Source of the DNA: Nymphaea colorata
Taxonomy: Eukaryota
DNA: 64,000 nt
NCBI RefSeq assembly: GCF_008831285.2
Contig: NC_045138.2
Span: forward strand, 22,320,001 to 22,384,000
Direction: 5' to 3'
Part shown: positions 1 through 13,914 of the stretch, piece after piece
Position numbering within the stretch: position 1 is the first letter of the stretch
Layout: every line of letters starts with the position of its first letter
Made by a program: the position numbers and the translations under genes
The notes under the pieces: model-generated
Told to the model about the DNA's origin: nothing
Database searches by the model: none
Seen by the model: the letters and a program-made list of their open reading frames with translations, nothing else

Positions 1-1893
1 TCAGCTATCCCAACAATGTCTTCATAACTTGCAACAGCTTCAAAGGAGTAGAGACAGATTTTTGTTTTATCCATCCCTACAGAAAATTATCACTGCAGCG
101 TTTTTGAACTACCCTCTCTAGTTCTAGGATGTGCAATAGCTAGCTAGTTTTTAAACATGATGAACTTCTGTGGTCGAATGAAGTTAGCAACTGTCACAAA
201 AGGTTTATTAAAAAATGTAGAAGGTGACGTTCTTGAACTTGAGACAGATCAATTGGTTCCATCTATTATGCACATCTGGCCGCCAATTAAGAAAAAGAGA
301 AGGCTATTTCACCTACTCTTGATTAAGAGGACTGTCCAACCTAACTAATTGGTCGAGCAAACCTTCCTAACTTAAACCACTTAGCGACCAATTAAGAGAA
401 AAAGAAAAGACTATCCCACCTACCCTTGATTAAGAGCGGTGAAATAACCCTTATCTAAACTTCCAAGCAAGTTTTTATCATTATTTGTTTTAAAGATGAG
501 GAGCTCTCCAAAGATCTGAATCTTGGGCGAACATGAACACGGTATATCTAAACTTGTGTAACTCCTCATCCCTTCTTCTTTCTGATCGTTTTTATGTGTA
601 ATTCTTTCATCCCAACTAGTTTACATTTTATAACCAAACCAATTCTTACCAATTCGTTCAAGAAAGAGGATAGCCTGATTGCTGCTTTTTTGGAATCGAG
701 CATGTCACGACGCGTGGAAAAGTGAGAGACACGATTTATGGTCACCAATACAAAGGGACCACACTATGAGCATTTTTTTTATTTAGCATCAAGCTTTTCT
801 AATATTTCAAATAAGACGCGCGTCTAAAAATATTGAAGCAGGCGGGCGGTAGATTGTCCATATTGCAGATGTCCATCACCACTCTTGCTTAGCGATTTAT
901 CCAGTGTATATTTCGATATATAAATAAATTTTTTTTCGCAAAACTATCAATATAAAATATAAAAAAAATTTTGATTCCGCTCCGCGTGACAATTGCCCAC
1001 AGGTAACCTATACCTCCATCTGCCTCTACGTGTTCCTCATTGCTTGTAAGTTCAAAAGATCCTTAATTTGCTTTCTTTTTCTATTTAGTGATCTAAGTTT
1101 ATGAGAATTTTCAATAAACACATGCAACAAAGAGTTTACTGCAGCAAAATGGTAAACTGTCTTTTTCTATTCATTCTTTTCATTAACCTTACCACCCATT
1201 ATACCCACAAGTATTCGTATGTTTTTTTAATGTTTAGTTAAAGGAAACCCCTTTTAACCTAAAATTTCTAAGGCCATACTCTTATACCTCCAAGATTCTC
1301 TTAGAAATCCGGTTTCTGTTTAATTTTATTAATTTAACCTTTTTCCACTGTTTGGGTGTGAAAAGCTACATAATTTGACAGGCCATGAGAAAAGTTAGGT
1401 GTTGGTGTGGGATCAATTAGGAATCAAAGCTTTTGCATGTCATTAAATGTCAGGTAGATGAACGATGGCTTTCTTCATAACCGCTGCAGTAATATATTCT
1501 GGTCACTAAAAAGAAAAGATTCTTGAGATCGAAGATTTTTTTTTTTTTTTGGGTATAAAAAAACTGGCTAGGCGCAGTGGCAAGCCCGCATAAAACAGAT
1601 TTTCTAATCAAGTAGCCTTCCTGGATTTTTAGTTTACGACAAATTGTGTAAGAAAATTAAATTTCTCCATTTTTGGTATCTTGCCAAGACAAAAAATGTG
1701 GGATATAAAGGTAGATGTTTTGGCAGGTAGGAATTTAACAGGGGACATATGTCAGATTGGACACACCCAAAACAACAAATAATGGGGCACTATGTCTTTT
1801 TACACTTTCCTACCAAATGAATAAGTACACAAATGATTTTACATATTTGTAAAAGGAGATGGGTTGAAAGTGAAACATATATGGGTAGGTAAG

Positions 1894-2377
1894 TAGGGAT
1901 GTTCATGAGACGAGTTCGAGCCCAGCTGTCCGAACTCGGCTCAAGTACCAAAATGCTCAGGTCAAGCTCGAGTAGACTTAGAGTTTTCTAGCTTGAGCTA
2001 GGCTCAACTGAAACTTGGCTCGGAAAAGCTTGAGCTGAGAAGTAGCTTGAGCTTAGCGGAGCAGGATGAAAATTTGTCCAAAAGTTCAAATTTTAACACA
2101 CAAGGAAACGACCAGGTTTGAACTATCAAATCGTGCTTGCTAGCATCAAAGAACTCTGTTGTGTCAACTTCTTTTTTGTGTAACACCTATATATTTTCTT
2201 TCCACGACTTCAATTGTGCGTAACTACCCAGCTCAAGTTCAACTCGTTTATTTGAACAAGTATATTTCCTAACTCGAACTCGACTTGGTTATTAAATTAG
2301 TCCAGCTCCAGTTGAGTTTAGCCGAGCAAGCTCGAGCCCAGGCTGGTTGCCTATAACTACGTAACTATTCCAGCTAC
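1894..2377. mobile_element. Degenerate hAT-like non-autonomous element (GAGCTCGAGC-type subterminal repeats)
   Basis: Starts TAGGGATG. Dense ctcgag/gagct/actcg motifs at both ends around an AT-rich core. The right terminus is degenerate and no clear TSD is seen. Confidence 0.5.
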
Positions 2378-3368
2378 ATATACGGAACTTTGAGGGGCTA
2401 AGACAAAGCGTTGACAGTGACACACACATCATTTGATGGCACTTTCAGACTGATCATCTGTGCCCATAAGATTTGAGATCCTCCAGTTTAAGTGGTCAAA
2501 TCTATCTTTTTCAACGTAAAAATGATTCAAAGGTGAACATATGAATTGAATCTGACGAAGTTCAAGTGTGAAATTCTGCAGGTTTCATATGGCGAACCTG
2601 TCTCATACATGTAGTAGCAAAACTTTGTCACATAAGGCCTTTAAATTTAGATCTAAGGCCTTCGATGAACCAGCAAGTGGGCAACCGTAGGAGCATTCAG
2701 CATCATTTTCCACTAGTAGGGAGTAGTCGATAACGATATTCACAGACATGCACTTCTTATGCAGTGATTAGAGTTTCTCATTCTAATCCCCATCCCCGTG
2801 AAAAAAACGAAACAAAAAAAATTGAACGATGAAATAACACAATGAACAGAAAACAAGATCAAAAGAAAGCCAAGAAAGTTGAAGTTAAAGGACTGCCAAA
2901 ATAAACAGGACATGATCCTTACATAGGGTCTGTAATCACTTACAGTTTGGATCTCTCGAAGGAGCCGGGTCCAAATATGAATGACAAATAAAATAACTAA
3001 ATGGGTAAAGAATTGATCCACTATCCTGCGTCAACTTCTCACCGTTAAATTAGAAATATGACTTGTGCAGAGAGAAAGGGAAGACTTAAGTGGCATTGCA
3101 TTTGCTTACATTTTCTGTATATTTCAGAGCTGACCCAACTTCAGACAAACAATCCTTAAGAAAGAATCAGTTAGTTGATTCACATGCTCCCCTTGGAGAT
3201 TCACGAGAGGCGAGACCAACCCCTTTCTCGAAGAGTCTAACGCTGTTTCAGTACTTGGGTGGTCTATGGTACACCTTTTCATGTAGATAAAATACACAAT
3301 ATAAAATAATAATATATACGAAAATCGAATTGAAGACGCATCAGCACGGCCCTCACCCCGACTACCTC

Positions 3369-3743
3369 CATAGTCACAGAAATAGCATTTTTTTAAAAAA
3401 AAAACATGAAAAATTAACTAGCCATTTAAAACTTAAAAAAAAGTGTTTTTTAAAAAAAATGTTAAAAAACAAAAAAACGCATTTTTTTGTGTTTTTTTCA
3501 GTTTGTTCATTTTTTTTCAGTTTTTTAATGTCAAACAGTTTTTAAATTTTTTATTTGTTGCAAATCTACTTATCTTTTGATGTTGGTATTATTAGTTTCT
3601 TACTTATTTTGTTTGTCCTCCATTTTTAGTTTTTAAAGTTTTTTAAAAATTCACCATATTTTTTGTTGTTTTTTTCAAGCTTATGGTATTGTACTCGAGA
3701 AAAACCTTGCCGTTAAAACTCCGGGACATTATGTGTGACTATG
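3369..3743. mobile_element. hAT-like MITE
   Basis: Perfect 10-bp TIR CATAGTCACA (3369-3378) / TGTGACTATG (3734-3743) around an A/T-tract interior. The 8-bp flanks (actacctc/acttatac) match only partly. Confidence 0.6.
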
Positions 3744-5080
3744 ACTTATACTATGGCCCTCAGAACATTCATGCTCTTTTGAAATAATGATAAAAGTGAT
3801 GATGGTTCCCCGGCAAACGTTCATGTTCCATCTCTGTATCCCACTATCCATGCTCTATCGTGCATTGGTCCAGCTTTAGCTCATATGGAACTGGCAAGCT
3901 TCTGAACTCTTTTGCTCCTATCGCCACCCTGTTGCCGATGCGACTTTTCATGGCGGTTCGGTAAGTCAAAAAGCACATAATTAATAATAGAACCATTAAT
4001 GGAGGTTGTTTGTGGTTCAGGATACTTTGGTTAGTGGATATGTCATCCCCACTTTCAACGTATCCGACGGAGATGCTCAGACAAAACTACAACTCTGCAT
4101 ATAATTTCCTTAACGGATCCATGCCAAATTAAAGTAAGAAGCTTTTCAAATTAGTGGTCACCAATTTGTTGGCTTTGTTATGAATATCTTAACTGAAAGA
4201 CACTGAGCAGCAAGTGAATAGCCAACGTTAGCACTATGGCATTGCTGTTATGTGTCAGGTCCCTTGGCTTCTTGCTATGATAGAGCGCTTTCTTGCTTAT
4301 TTTATATGAAATTTTCCATGTTCTACTTTTGCCCTTATTGGGGAGAGATATTCCATTTAACTAACAGGGGTGTTTTGGTCATTTCTAGCCCATAACACAT
4401 GTTCTTGGGTTCGTAACGTATAAATTGTTGTTGATTGTTTCATTTTTAGATAATGAGTTGCTCTCCCTCGTTTAGGAAGCATATGAGTACAAGGCAGATT
4501 CAATACGCTGCAGAGCCTGTGCTGGGGAGTGAAGAACTTGTAGTACTTGATTTGAGAGCTTTAAAAGATCACTGGACTTACTTCCGACGGGGCACACGCT
4601 ACATGCAAGACAGGCAGCTAAATAAAAAAATTCTAATTTAAGCACGTTCTTGTGATCTACCAACAAAGGTGGAGTTCTTTTGAAAATTTTCTTTTAAAGA
4701 TTTCGTTGGCAATGAGAGGAGATGAAGAAACTAAAAAGTAATTCACTTAAGGGGCATAGCATAGTTGGTTGGATAAGTAATCCTCAAACTATAGACAAAG
4801 AGATTGTAATATTCTAATTGACAAGTGTACCGTACCCTACTCAACAAGAAAAGTGAGGGGGTCATCAGGTCTCTTTCTGGGTTGTTTAACCTCCTACTTA
4901 TCTGAAAGAGCAGAAATCAAAATCGCAAAGTCTTTCTAGTTGCAGTTTTTAGTTGCAGTTAAGCCCAATATTCTCCTAAAAGGAAGGATCAGCGAGTGTT
5001 GGCGGCAGTTGGACCAGCTGCACTTGGAATTCATTTAATTTGACTGTTAAATGGATTGCACAAATGTGTACTCAAGGAGG

Positions 5081-5148
<68 letters not shown>
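5081..5148. repeat. Compound (TA)n(GA)n microsatellite
   Basis: Seen directly. Confidence 0.97.
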
Positions 5149-5152
<4 letters not shown>

Positions 5153-5436
5153 TGAAGGATTTAGGTCAACCGCAAAGAGCTCTATGGTTGACCTAATACA
5201 TGCATATACAATAGGAATAGAGAGGTTAGGCTGATTACTTGCATGAAAAATTCCATAATTCTTGGGTTGCGACAAAAGTGTTGTCCAACAACTCAGAAAC
5301 TAATTAAAGCCACCAGATAAGGTAGAACGCTGTCAGCAAGAAACTGGTTATTGAGCACATAACGTATGCAGAAACCACCATTTGTAATGGGGAACAAAGA
5401 ATTGGTTTCTACACGTAGCCAAAAGGACAAAATGAG

Positions 5437-5437
<1 letters not shown>

Positions 5438-5485
<48 letters not shown>
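5438..5485. repeat. (TA)n microsatellite
   Basis: Seen directly. Confidence 0.97.
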
Positions 5486-5487
<2 letters not shown>

Positions 5488-6429
5488 TATAGTTGATAGT
5501 GTAAGGTATTTGGGAAACCCTGATGTGAAGACTAATAATATCACATTTAAGGGAGGCAGTAGTTGGTCATCTTCTTTGGGGGAGCTTGGGAAGAAAAGGT
5601 ATGGCTAAGTAGACAGTGGGAGTAATTAATCATTTAAGCAAGCCCATTTTTGGTCCATGATAAGTTATATTTGTATGAAAGTATACCTAAACATGAACAA
5701 CAGCGCCTACCAACTATTTAATATGGTATGTGATGGCAGATCCATATGTATGTTCTACCTCTGATATCGTTGTGTTGCTTTACGAAAATCATCAGATCTA
5801 CTTGAAGTTACTAGCAACGGGATCTATAAGATCAATTAGATTATGATTTGATCCACACATTCTAATTAATTAGATTCGGTTTTTGTACTTATTGAGTATT
5901 ATCTAGGTCGACACCGTGTTTCCACAGCCTGATCCCAATTTAATCGACTTCTTTTAATGAAGTTGCCATGCTCGCATAGTTCTCAAACCACTACTGCATA
6001 TATGTTGCATAAAAAACTTACTCAATTATCTTCACGTGATTCAGCTTAAGCTTTGGATATTTTTTTGCTCATATCTCATTTTCACTTTGATAAAATATGC
6101 AAATGAGGAGATACCCTGAAGACGCAACCAAAGGCTCTTCCCCCTTCTCAGTTCTCACTGTCCCAGGGGTTCAAGGCTGCTTTGTAACTTGGGTGGAGTT
6201 ACAGTTACTCCTTTTAGCTCAAGAGCAACGACTACTGGCATTTGTAGTCAACAAGAGTAGCACTCACAGGAATTTAACTGATGAGCTTATGTAAATCATG
6301 CGTGAGCCCTCTGGGTGAGACTATGCATGCAAAACAAGACTCATTGGTTGAACTAAAATATGAATGTATCGGTTTTGTGTGCTGAGATGAGTGAGCAAGA
6401 TAAAATGCACCATTACGCACCACTGCTTC

Positions 6430-7150
6430 CCATTTCCTATTACAATGGACGTTTCTTCAAAAAACATATTGGGTTCTTAGTGAGATTATGTAAATCAAAG
6501 AACTTTTTGGGTTTTATATAAAAAAACTTTGATGCAATGATCAAACCTAATTTTTTTCCAAGTCAAAATATATTGACACCGATGATGGCATGGAGTTTAT
6601 TGCTCAAATCATCTAAACTTCTTTGCACCTTAATGCATGGTATCGAGCTTAAAGGAGCATATGCATCTTACTTGCGATCAAATGGAACAGCAAAGCATTG
6701 GTAGCTCTTGGATTAGGTAGCTCGCACGTTAGAGTTTGAACTTCAATCTGGGTGATGCTTTTTGTTGGATATCATCTGTTTCATGCATCCAAAATTGCAT
6801 AAAGTTTTGTTGGATATCATCCGAAGAAAATGTCATCACTTATCAAAACCATATTTAGGACCATAATTATGCTATATTGACACCACCACACGTCCATGAC
6901 CTAGACTAATAAACACCATAAAAGTATCAAATTCAACTCCTTTTTGCTGGATCTGAACCACGTGATATATAAAAACTTGAGGACTATTCTTGTGATATTA
7001 AAATGCCACGAACACCATTGCAATAGAATTGTTTCACCCTGTATAGATATCCATAGCGGTGAAATTTTTACACCATACACAGCTCTGAAGTCTATACCAA
7101 TGGAAATTTGGATGTGCAAACCTAATCAAGTTTGGAATTAGAAAAAGATA
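6430..7150 (+). mobile_element. Highly degraded Copia integrase relic
   Basis: Translated fragments DTDDGMEF (cf. TDNGGEF), WGDAF and DIHSGEIF (cf. xxTGKIFISRDV) occur in integrase order, with many stops and frameshifts. Boundaries are approximate. Confidence 0.45.
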
Positions 7151-8764
7151 ACTAGTAATTAATTCTAAAAAAATAAGGAAAAATGCAGGCTTAATAAACT
7201 ATGGATTCTTCACATAATCTCAATATTATTGTAATTCAAAGAAATGAAGGAAAAAGTATTGATCATCAACAAAAAAGAAACATCCCTAATACATATGCAG
7301 ACATTTTTGTTGACTTTTGAATGTTAATATGTAACACAAAAGTTCACCTTAATACTACAATCACTACTAACTATCACATACCAAAGTACACATGGAACAT
7401 GAAGATGACCGATTCCTGGTTCCCTCTCATTTGGTTTGCTGTACATTCTTCTTTGCCACTTTATCTCAATAGTCATTTTGTTCAGACATTCTACCAAAAT
7501 CTAGTGGTCCAAAAAATTAACTAATGTCTTATGAGAAGCTGAATTTATCCAACTCCAAGTTGAATGTACAATCTATACTCAAATGACTAGCAAATAAAAT
7601 TTATTGTACTTTTTTTTTTATCTATGTGATGTGGTCACATTCAAACAATGGTGCGCTCTCACAATCTGGACTTTCTCTAGTACATGAATGCAACAATTGA
7701 CATCTGGGCTGTTAACCAAGTCATAGAGAAGATTGAGGACAAATCACATTCCTTCAACCATGGGAATCAGATAAGGCAAGAGAAGGATAAGGAAGGCACA
7801 AAGTCAGGAATATATAAAATTAAGAAAACTAAAAATCTCAAATGTGGCAAGTGTATCAAAAGTCAAAATGGAAATAGTCGCATCATTGTTGATGTAAAAC
7901 AGTGATTATGACCTCCCTCACAAAAATATTAAACTTGAGAGAGAAAGAAGTGGACGTAGGCTTGATGGCCGAACCATTATAACTTGTGCAAGTGATTTGC
8001 TTTTTTTCCTCTAACCTTATACTTTGACATGGTATTAGAGCCATTGCAGTGGTCTACTTTCATTGAGGGTATTGCTTGTTATTGTGTTGCTTGTGACTGA
8101 GTTTCTCTCTATTGGTGTTGTCATGGTCGTTATGAATGCTGTTGGGTAATGAAACACTACAGCTAGTCTAGTCTCCATCAAGTTGGATCAAACAAATTAC
8201 CGATTCTGGCAGTCAAAGATTGAGTTGGTAATGTTCTCTCAAAACCTTCTTAAGTTTATTGATGGTTCATCTAAAGCTCCTACTAATATCATTGAACCCG
8301 ACAAGTCTGTTGCCAATCCAAGATACTTTAAATGGAAACATGCCGACCAACTAGCTCTTAGTTGCATCAAGGTAGGTGTTTAGCAGGATTATGTGAATTC
8401 TTTCAACATGTGATACTTGGGTTGCACTAGAGTAATTGCATGCATCGTCGTCCAACTTGGGAATTCTTCTAATCAAACAACACTTGAAAAATATTAGGAA
8501 AGTCTGACTTATGCTTGAGTACCTCGTTGAGGCAAAATTTCTATTGATTCATTGAGTGTCAATAGTGAAAGTATTACCAACAAGGATTTAGTTTTCTACA
8601 CTCTGAATGGTTTTCCAAAACAATACGAAAGCTTCATTGCAATCATGACATCCTTTAAATCTCTTTCATCTGTTACTGAGATCTATAACATCCTAAGCAA
8701 CAACCCACTACAAAAATTCTACTGTTGCTTTTGTTTCTCAAGCTAATGGAGGCAGATAGAACAA

Positions 8765-11700
8765 TGTTGTGAACACAGAAAAAAACAAAAGAGAGAAACC
8801 AAGAGAATGGAGTAATGTGGTTCAGCTACAAGGCCTACGTCAGTGACAAAAGTAACAGCTGGGATCTTCTATTCAATTAATTACCTCTCACCTTGTACAA
8901 GGGATATAAAGGCAAATGAGATGGATCACCAGTCACTGCCAAAAAATAAAGTGATAATAACACTTCCAGAAAAAGAAAATATCCCAAAAGAATAATATAT
9001 GATAAGCCAGAAAACATAAGATATTTGATAATAGCGAAATCACAAAATCACATTAGAACGACTTTCCTTCAACACTCCCCTTCAAGTCAGTTATAGGGAT
9101 TCATGTGTCATTAAAAGGTTTGGACATCAAGCCATTGGTGAAAACATCAACAAATTGTTTTAAGCTCCTGAAAAATGTTCTGGAGGTTTCTCTTTTTTGC
9201 ACCTTTTCATGAATGTAGTGATAGTTTATCTCCAAATCTTTTGTTCGTTTGTAGAACATAGAGTTTGTGGCAATGCGGATGGCTGCTTGGTTATCACAAT
9301 GCATAGAGATAGAATAATAAACTTGAAAACCAAGTTCATGTAAAAGACATTTAACCCAAATAAGTTCATTAGCAGTAATAGCATAGTACTCTACCTCGGC
9401 ACTAGGTGTGGAGACTTTATGTTGTTTCTTTACACCAACATATGCACAATATCTTGCTATAGAGTTCCTATTTGAACTTCCAGCCCAATCAACATCTGAA
9501 TAGCCTATAATCTCAGTGTTTTTATTGATTTTATACCACAAACCTTCTGCAGGATTCCTCTCCAATTATCCTAAGATTCTTTTGATTGTATTCATATGAA
9601 CCTTTTTCTAGCATGCATATGCCGACTGATAATATTGATAGCGTGAATGGTCTTACGTCAGGTAACAGTTAAATATATTATCTTACAAACCAGCCTTTGG
9701 TATGTTGAAATGTCCTTAACTTTCTCACTTTTTGCTTCATCAAATTTTGCATACGGCTCAATTGGGGTATCAACAAGTTTACTGTCCAACTTTTCAGTTT
9801 CTTTAAGCAAGTCAAGCACGTATTTGCGTTAAGACAATAATAAGGTTTTTTTGGATGTATATATTTCTTACCCAAATGATAGTGTAAATTTTCAAGATCC
9901 TTTATCTCAAATGCATGCTTGAGGAACTGCATGGTTTTAGAAATAGTGTCCAAATCATTCCCAGTTACAATGATATCATCTACATATACGAGGACAAAAT
10001 AAGTTTTTCTCCAGGCCGTCTAATAAATAAAGAACTATCGTCTTAATTTTTTACGATTTTTTTTACATCCTAAAGCTATAATGAAGTTTTATGCTAGACC
10101 CTCGGTGACTGCTTCAATTCATATAAGGATTTTCTAAGACGACACACAAACTAAGGGCTTCCTTCTTGAGGATGGACAGGAGCTAAGTGCATGTATACTA
10201 CTTCACTCAGATCTCTCGATAAAAGGATATTCTTTACATCTTAGTGGAATAAAGGACATTCAAAATTACAAACAATATATAGAAGAACTCTTATGATATT
10301 CATCTTGGCTACTGGAATGAATGTCTCATTGTAGTTGAGACAACGCATTTGAGTAGAGCCTTTTACTGCTAATTGAGCTTTTATGTCTTTCATCATTGTT
10401 ATATTTGGTTTTGTATAACCATTTACAACCCACTGCTTTAGTCATCTAGCAACATTGTAATATTCCATGTGTAGTTCGTATGGAGAACAACAAACTTTTC
10501 CTCCCTTGCACAAGCCCACACATGTTGTTGTTCGGTCTCTTGGTATGTAGAAGAGTCAATGTAAGTAATGTGGTGTTTAGGCATGTGGTTGTATCTCAAA
10601 TAGTTTGCAATATGTACTAGCAGTAAATAATGTAATCATCAAAGTACCTTGGATATGGAACAACCCATTCGGACCTTCACGCCATAGTCTCTATCGGTTC
10701 CTCATTACTTGGTTCACTGAATTGGTATATAGGTATGACAGGCATGTCTTCATTCTCTCCATTAGCGGTTATCATAGATACAGTGACATCAATGTCTTTA
10801 TAGTCACCCCTTGATAGCATCACGACACCCATTGAGCTTAGCTCCCAATGTCTGTCATCGTTCTTGCATTAAAAAAATAATTGCAACGTATCAAAAATAA
10901 TATCTTGAGAGACATTTATGGTATCACAACACCCATTGAGCTTGTCTCCCCCTGTCATGACATCATTCTTGCATTGAAAAAATGGTTGTAACTCATAACA
11001 AATAATATCTCAAGAGACAACAAATCGTTAGGAACTAACATCATAGCAAGGACATCCCTTTTTAGAACAAGAATAACTTAAGGATCTACACTTTGTGGCT
11101 TTAGGACTGAGCTTGTCGATGCTCTATTATTGACATAAACTATGCATCCAGATATCCTAACGTGACCAACTTTAATTTTCCTGTTTAGGAGAATCTCAAG
11201 AGGAGCTATACCATTTAAATGCTTAGATGGAGTTCTATTAGTTATATAGCAAGCAGTCATCAATGTATCACTCCAGAAATCCCTTGGCATGTTCATTTGA
11301 AAAAGAAGTGCACAAGTGGTCACAAGCAAATGACTGTTTTTACGTTCTGTAACACCATTCTATTGAGGAGTACTAACACAAGTACATTGGTGGTGTATTG
11401 TGTGTTTCTTTTCAAATTGATCAAAACAAAGACTAAATTATAATCCATTGTAAGATCTAAATATCTTGATCTGAGCTTCAAATTGAGTTTCCACTAGCTT
11501 GTAAAATTCTCTACACTTAAAAAAGACTTCATCTTTAGTTTTCAACAAGTAAATCAACATAGTTTCAGAGAAATCGTCAATTAGTGAAACATAGTATAGT
11601 AATATAGTATAAGAGTCCACGGGAGCAGTGTTAGGAACAACACACAAAACTCTCATCTCGCACTCTCAAGAGGGGGATAAAAGCAACAAGGAAGAATACA

Positions 11701-13914
11701 AAGATTTACGTGGTTCAGAGTAATAATCTCTTATGTCCACGGTCGCACAGATCTTTCACTATTCACTTTCAGATGAACACAGACACTCTTAGAGAGAAGA
11801 CCAAAAAAGAAACTGCGGCCCCCCTCACAACATAAGGATTAGGGCAAACCCGCATTTGTACAAAATGACATAAATGCTCTTACATAAGGATCCACGGTAT
11901 TGCATGAGTGTCCAGTATGAATCAAGTTCCATACACCAACAAGCAGGCCCCACACATAAGAGTGAAATGATTCAAATGGAGCATGAGCATTAAAATCAGA
12001 TTTATAGAAAAGGCAGTCTAGTAATCTTTGCAAGTTTCATGAATACTAAAATCAAAACAAAGATTTGACATAAATTTATTTAATGCATGCCTAGAGAGGT
12101 GACCCATTCTTTTGTGCTAAAGAGCTCCTCCTTGTCCGTCCTAGCCATCATCATGGCAGCTTTATTCTTCATCACAGAGACAATGCTGTAGATGACTGTC
12201 ATCAGTCATCTTGGCTGTCGCAAGATCCTGAATGATCACATTAGTTGGAGTGAAAATAACTTGACATTGCATGTCATGAGTCAACCTTGACACTGACATC
12301 AGACTAGATGAGAGATCCGGCATACCAAGGACTTTAACTCTATGGCTAGAATTTAACAGAGGCATTTCACCAACTCTCTTAACATGCATAGATGATCCAT
12401 TAGCAACAGTGACAAAATTACAAGTGGAATAACAAGAATAATTTTCTAAAAATTGTCTCTACTCATAACCATATGCTCACTATAGTGTTGGAATCCACAA
12501 CCCGAAAAATCGGAAGGTGGCATACCTTTATTGCTGGATTATATGTTCAAAATTGTTAACGTGGCAACAACATCATGCATACCTCGCTTTCCCTTAACTC
12601 GCTGTAGCAATCCATTTAATGTTTCTAATAGAATTGGTATTTCAGGAGACTCACTATGACTATGAGTAGCAGCTATCTTGGGCATTAATGTAGGCTTGCC
12701 CTTTTCTGCCTTATTCATATTTGACGGCTTCCCATAGATGCCCCAATATTGTTGACGCGTGTGTCCCTGTTTCTTACAATGGGTGTAGAAGCACTTGGGA
12801 TGAGCTCTCCCTTTGTTGATATCTCCTCCTTCGTTCATGGCATAAAATGCAACTTTCTCACTAGGTTCAATATCAAAATGGGTTGTTCAGACTTGAGAGG
12901 TTCATGACCTTTTTGCTGGATTCCACTCTCATTAACATGGAAAAACAATAGATAATGATGGTGACTCATGGAACATGAGAATCTGACTCCCAGTTGTTTC
13001 ATATTCAGGCCCAAGAATAGCAAGCTATTCAAATGTTTTTTGTTGCTCACAAACTCTCCTTCTAAATCTTAGATTTTTAGATATATTAACAACATAACAG
13101 AGTCCATCCCACATACCTTGCATCGCACCCGGTGTTCACCGAAGGACTGATTTTCTTTCTTAGAGTTTCTGAGACTTTGAGATAGATGAAAAGTACGGGC
13201 TGTGATGTTTTTCTCGTGTATAGATCCTTACATTTCTTCCAAATCTGAGCTGCCATTTCAACAAAGAAAAGACCTTGGGAGATCTTTGGTTCCATTGAAT
13301 TATTCAGCCATGAAATAATTATTAGATAATTATTTGAACAACATTCTTTGTGTGTTGAGCCTTTCTCACTGGGCATTGGGAGATCACTTGTCACATATTC
13401 TAGCTTGGATCTGCCACTGAGATAGAGAATTGCTGACCTAGAACAAAACAAATAATTTGGTACATTTAAAAGCACAGGTGTGATCTTATTTACTGGATTT
13501 GTTTGCTCCTCCATGGCAATCTTCTCCACGATGCTAATCGGTTCTGCCATTGCAGAGAGTAGCAAGCTCCAGAAGAAATGGGATACATTTGTGCCTTATA
13601 GCTCTGATACGATGTTGTGAAGAAGAATAGAGAAAACTAAAGAAAGAAAACAATAGCACGAAGTAAAGTGGCTCAGCCACAAGGCCTACATCCACGACAA
13701 AAGCAACAACTTGCTATTCAGATCTTCCATTCAATTAATTCCGTCTCACCTTGTACAATGAATGTAAAAGCAAATGTGATGGATCAACATTGACCACCAA
13801 AAAAGGAAAACTTCCAAAGAAAGAAAATATCCCAAAATAATAGGATACGACAAACCAGGCAACATAAGAGATTTGGAAATCACAAAATCACACCAGAATG
13901 ACTTTCCTTCAACA
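8765..13914 (-). mobile_element. Full-length but decayed Ty1/Copia element (Copia-2)
   Basis: Homologous, diverged LTRs 8765-9074 and 13613-13914 (TGTTGTGAA...TTCAACA). PBS variant at 13601-13612 and PPT next to 9075. gag, Zn-knuckle, integrase, RT (YVDDI) and RNase H (YSDVDWAG, HCDNQAA) fragments in Copia order. TSD not recognisable. Confidence 0.92.
11629..11941. mobile_element. Solo LTR inserted in the Copia-2 integrase
   Basis: 313 bp, TGTTAG...CCAACA, with perfect 5-bp TSD AGCAG (11624-11628, 11942-11946). It splits the integrase motif HSxVWG/PAPVDS. Confidence 0.9.

Noticed and set aside
280..440. Imperfect ~55-bp duplication (ccaattaaga...cttgattaagag)
   Set aside because: Only two diverged copies and no further structure; treated as an ordinary local duplication.
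2725..3033. Possible solo LTR ending ...GCGTCA
   Set aside because: No matching TG start or TSD could be established.
5750..6090. Possible CACTA transposase relic on the minus strand
   Set aside because: Only vague motif resemblance; could not be supported by eye.
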